DNA of 64,000 nucleotides from an uncultured Desulfarculus sp. (GTDB lineage: Bacteria > Desulfobacterota > Desulfarculia > Desulfarculales > Desulfarculaceae): assembly GCA_963665125.2 (NCBI GenBank), contig CAXXUK010000001.1, forward strand, positions 544,001 through 608,000, in the 5' to 3' direction. This document shows, one piece after another, positions 62,057 through 64,000 of this stretch. The position numbers and the translations under genes are program-made. Positions within the stretch are counted from its first letter, which is position 1. Each line of letters starts with the position of its first letter. The notes under the pieces were generated by a model. It was not told where the DNA came from. It was given only the letters and a program-made list of their open reading frames with translations, and searched no databases.

Positions 62057-62340
62057 CGCAGTATGGACAGGGCCCGCTCCATGGCTCTGGTCATCACCGA
62101 CTTGGAGGCTTCCCAGCCGTTCTTGAGCTCCTGCCAGGCCTCCGGGCCGCTGTTTTCCAGCCTTTCGAGCTTGTGTTTTGCCTCGGCCATCTTGTTGTGA
62201 AGCTCGGTCTTTTGTTCACGGTAACTCTGCTTTACATCCGCCGAGGCCTCGGAAACACGCTTTTCCAGGTCATGCAGGCGGACCTTCCATTCGTTTAACT
62301 GTTGTTGAGAGTCCCGGAGATAACGTTCCTTGTCACCCAT
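62053..62340 (-). CDS. Small coiled-coil hypothetical protein
   Basis: GGAGG RBS; charged heptad pattern with QLNEW and AWQELKNG. Confidence 0.75.
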   Translation of the reverse strand: MGDKERYLRDSQQQLNEWKVRLHDLEKRVSEASADVKQSYREQKTELHNKMAEAKHKLERLENSGPEAWQELKNGWEASKSVMTRAMERALSILR

Positions 62341-62422
62341 GGTCAATCCTCCCACGAGGAAATAACAACAAAAACAGTTGTACCTATATAAAGTATAAGA
62401 TAGTGGGCGATTGCTTTGAATC

Positions 62423-62677
62423 TTTGGGGAACTTTTTTGAAAAAAAGTTCCCCAAACCCCTCAAAAAACTTTGCCGGTTATTGTTAGCCGGCTGCGCCGC
62501 CAAACAATAACCGGTCATTTTTCAGCGTTACGACGTATGGAAATGCGTTGTAATAAACGACGGCGCTCCTGATTTGGCTGTAGGCCAAATCAGGAGCGCG
62601 ATGCGCTTTTCTTTTTGGAAGGGGGTGTGGGGGAGACCTTTTTCTTTTGGTTACAAAAGAAAAAGGTCTCCCCCACG
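62423..62677 (+). repeat. Structured four-hairpin dispersed repeat, copy B
   Basis: Homologous to the reverse complement of 4747-4994. Confidence 0.85.
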
Positions 62678-62680
62678 AAC

Positions 62681-64000
62681 CTATTCGGAGGCAAAAACCG
62701 GCTCAACCACGCCGTGGCCGAACAGGCGGCCCACATGGTCCACCAGGGCCGGTCCGGGGTCCACGCGGTAGTGGTCGGGCAGGGCCAGCACGGCCTCGCC
62801 CTTGCCGGGCACGCCCAGGTGCAGGGTCACCCTTGCGCCGCCGGCCTTGCTGTGGCGTTCCAGGGTCTGGCGCAGTTCGACCAATTGCTCGCGGGTGAGG
62901 CCGGTGGCTTGGAGGCGCAGGCGCAGGCGGGTGGTCAGATCCTTGGATGCCTGATCGAGGGGGATGATCTTGGTGGCCTTGATCTTTACGCCGCGCTCGT
63001 CCTTGTCCACCGTGCCCTTGACCATGACCGGCTCGTCGGAGCGCAGGCAGTCGCAGCATTGGGCAAAGCAGTCAGGAAATACGATGAGCTCCAGGGATCC
63101 CTTGAGGTCTTCAAGGCGCACGAAGGCCATGCGGTCGCCCTTTTTGGTGATCTTTTCCTTTACCTCGGCGGGCAGCCCGGCCATGCGCACGGTCATGCCG
63201 TCACCGGCTGCCTGGATGCTCACCGTGTCCAGGGTGGCCATGCGCTTTATGTCGTCGGTATAGCGCTCCAGGGGGTGGCCGGTGATGTAGAAGCCCAGGG
63301 CCTCCTTTTCATAGGCCAGGGCGTCGGATTCGTCCCATTCGGGCACATTGGGCAGCTTCTGGGGCTCGGTTTCCACCTTGGCTTCGCTGAAGGCCGAGAA
63401 CATATTGGCCTGGCCGCCGTCACGGTCGCGGCCGATCTTCTGGCCGTATTCTATGGCCTCGTCCAGGGCGGCCATGAGCTGGGCCCGGTGGGCTCCGGTA
63501 CTGTCGAACGCGCCGCACTTGATAAGGCTTTCAATGACCCGGCGGTTGACCTTGCCAAGGTTGACCCTCTCGCAGAAGTCGAAGATATCCCGGAAGTGCT
63601 TTTCCTCCCGGGCCTCGATGATGGCGTCCACCGCGCCTTCGCCGACGTTTTTCACCGCGGCCATGCCGAAGCGGATGGCGTCGTTGGCCACGGTAAAGGC
63701 CCGGCCGGACTGGTTGATGTCCGGCGGCAGCACGGTGAGCTTCTGGTCCCGGCACTCGGCGATGTGCAGCATTACCTTGTCGGTGTTGTTGACCTCGCTG
63801 GTCAGCAGAGCGGCCATGAATTCGTGGGGATAGTGGGCCTTCAGGAACGCCGTCTGGAAGGCGATGAGGCCGTAGGCCGCCGAGTGGCTCTTGTTGAAGC
63901 CGTATCCGGCGAACTTTTCCATGAGGTCGAAGATTTCGCCGGCCTTCTTGGGGTCGACGTTGTTTTCCTTGGCTCCGGTCATGAATCGTTCGCGCTGTTC
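62681..64000 (-). CDS. dnaE: DNA polymerase III alpha subunit, 3' part
   Basis: FAGYGFNKSHSAAY, LPPDIN, EKEALGFYITGHPL, OB-fold; open to the window edge. Confidence 0.96.
   Translation of the reverse strand, partial: EQRERFMTGAKENNVDPKKAGEIFDLMEKFAGYGFNKSHSAAYGLIAFQTAFLKAHYPHEFMAALLTSEVNNTDKVMLHIAECRDQKLTVLPPDINQSGRAFTVANDAIRFGMAAVKNVGEGAVDAIIEAREEKHFRDIFDFCERVNLGKVNRRVIESLIKCGAFDSTGAHRAQLMAALDEAIEYGQKIGRDRDGGQANMFSAFSEAKVETEPQKLPNVPEWDESDALAYEKEALGFYITGHPLERYTDDIKRMATLDTVSIQAAGDGMTVRMAGLPAEVKEKITKKGDRMAFVRLEDLKGSLELIVFPDCFAQCCDCLRSDEPVMVKGTVDKDERGVKIKATKIIPLDQASKDLTTRLRLRLQATGLTREQLVELRQTLERHSKAGGARVTLHLGVPGKGEAVLALPDHYRVDPGPALVDHVGRLFGHGVVEPVFASE

Overview
GC-rich chromosomal segment, most likely from a sulfate-reducing deltaproteobacterium (Desulfobacterota; inferred from gene content, not proven). 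Most of it is housekeeping: pta-ackA, purA, a stand-alone EF-G paralog, rplU-rpmA-obgE-proBA-nadD-rsfS-gpmI, hflKC, greA, yceD-rpmF-plsX, acyl-CoA dehydrogenase-etfBA, fabG-acpP-fabF, rpiB, nrdR, rib genes, nusB, mqnBD and the 3' part of dnaE. The main discovery is an AT-richer island at the 3' side of tRNA-Gly(TCC), about 15.8-26.4 kb. It holds a tandem array of 16 paralogous genes (15 intact, 1 frameshifted) for ~120-aa exported proteins with an invariant QA|CCIYN start, a conserved framework and two hypervariable segments. The array forms two sub-arrays, each with a duplicated promoter and an identical 58-bp upstream block, bounded by three related hairpins, and several genes look like mosaics. 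Beside it lies a 3.1-kb IS481-bounded element with a 7-bp target duplication, carrying a transposase/integrase fusion remnant, a low-GC cargo gene and a nested intact IS481. Also notable are two distant copies of a ~250-bp four-hairpin element with compensatory base changes, a secreted protein with mirror-symmetric cysteine spacing, and a 30-aa membrane peptide missing from the ORF track.
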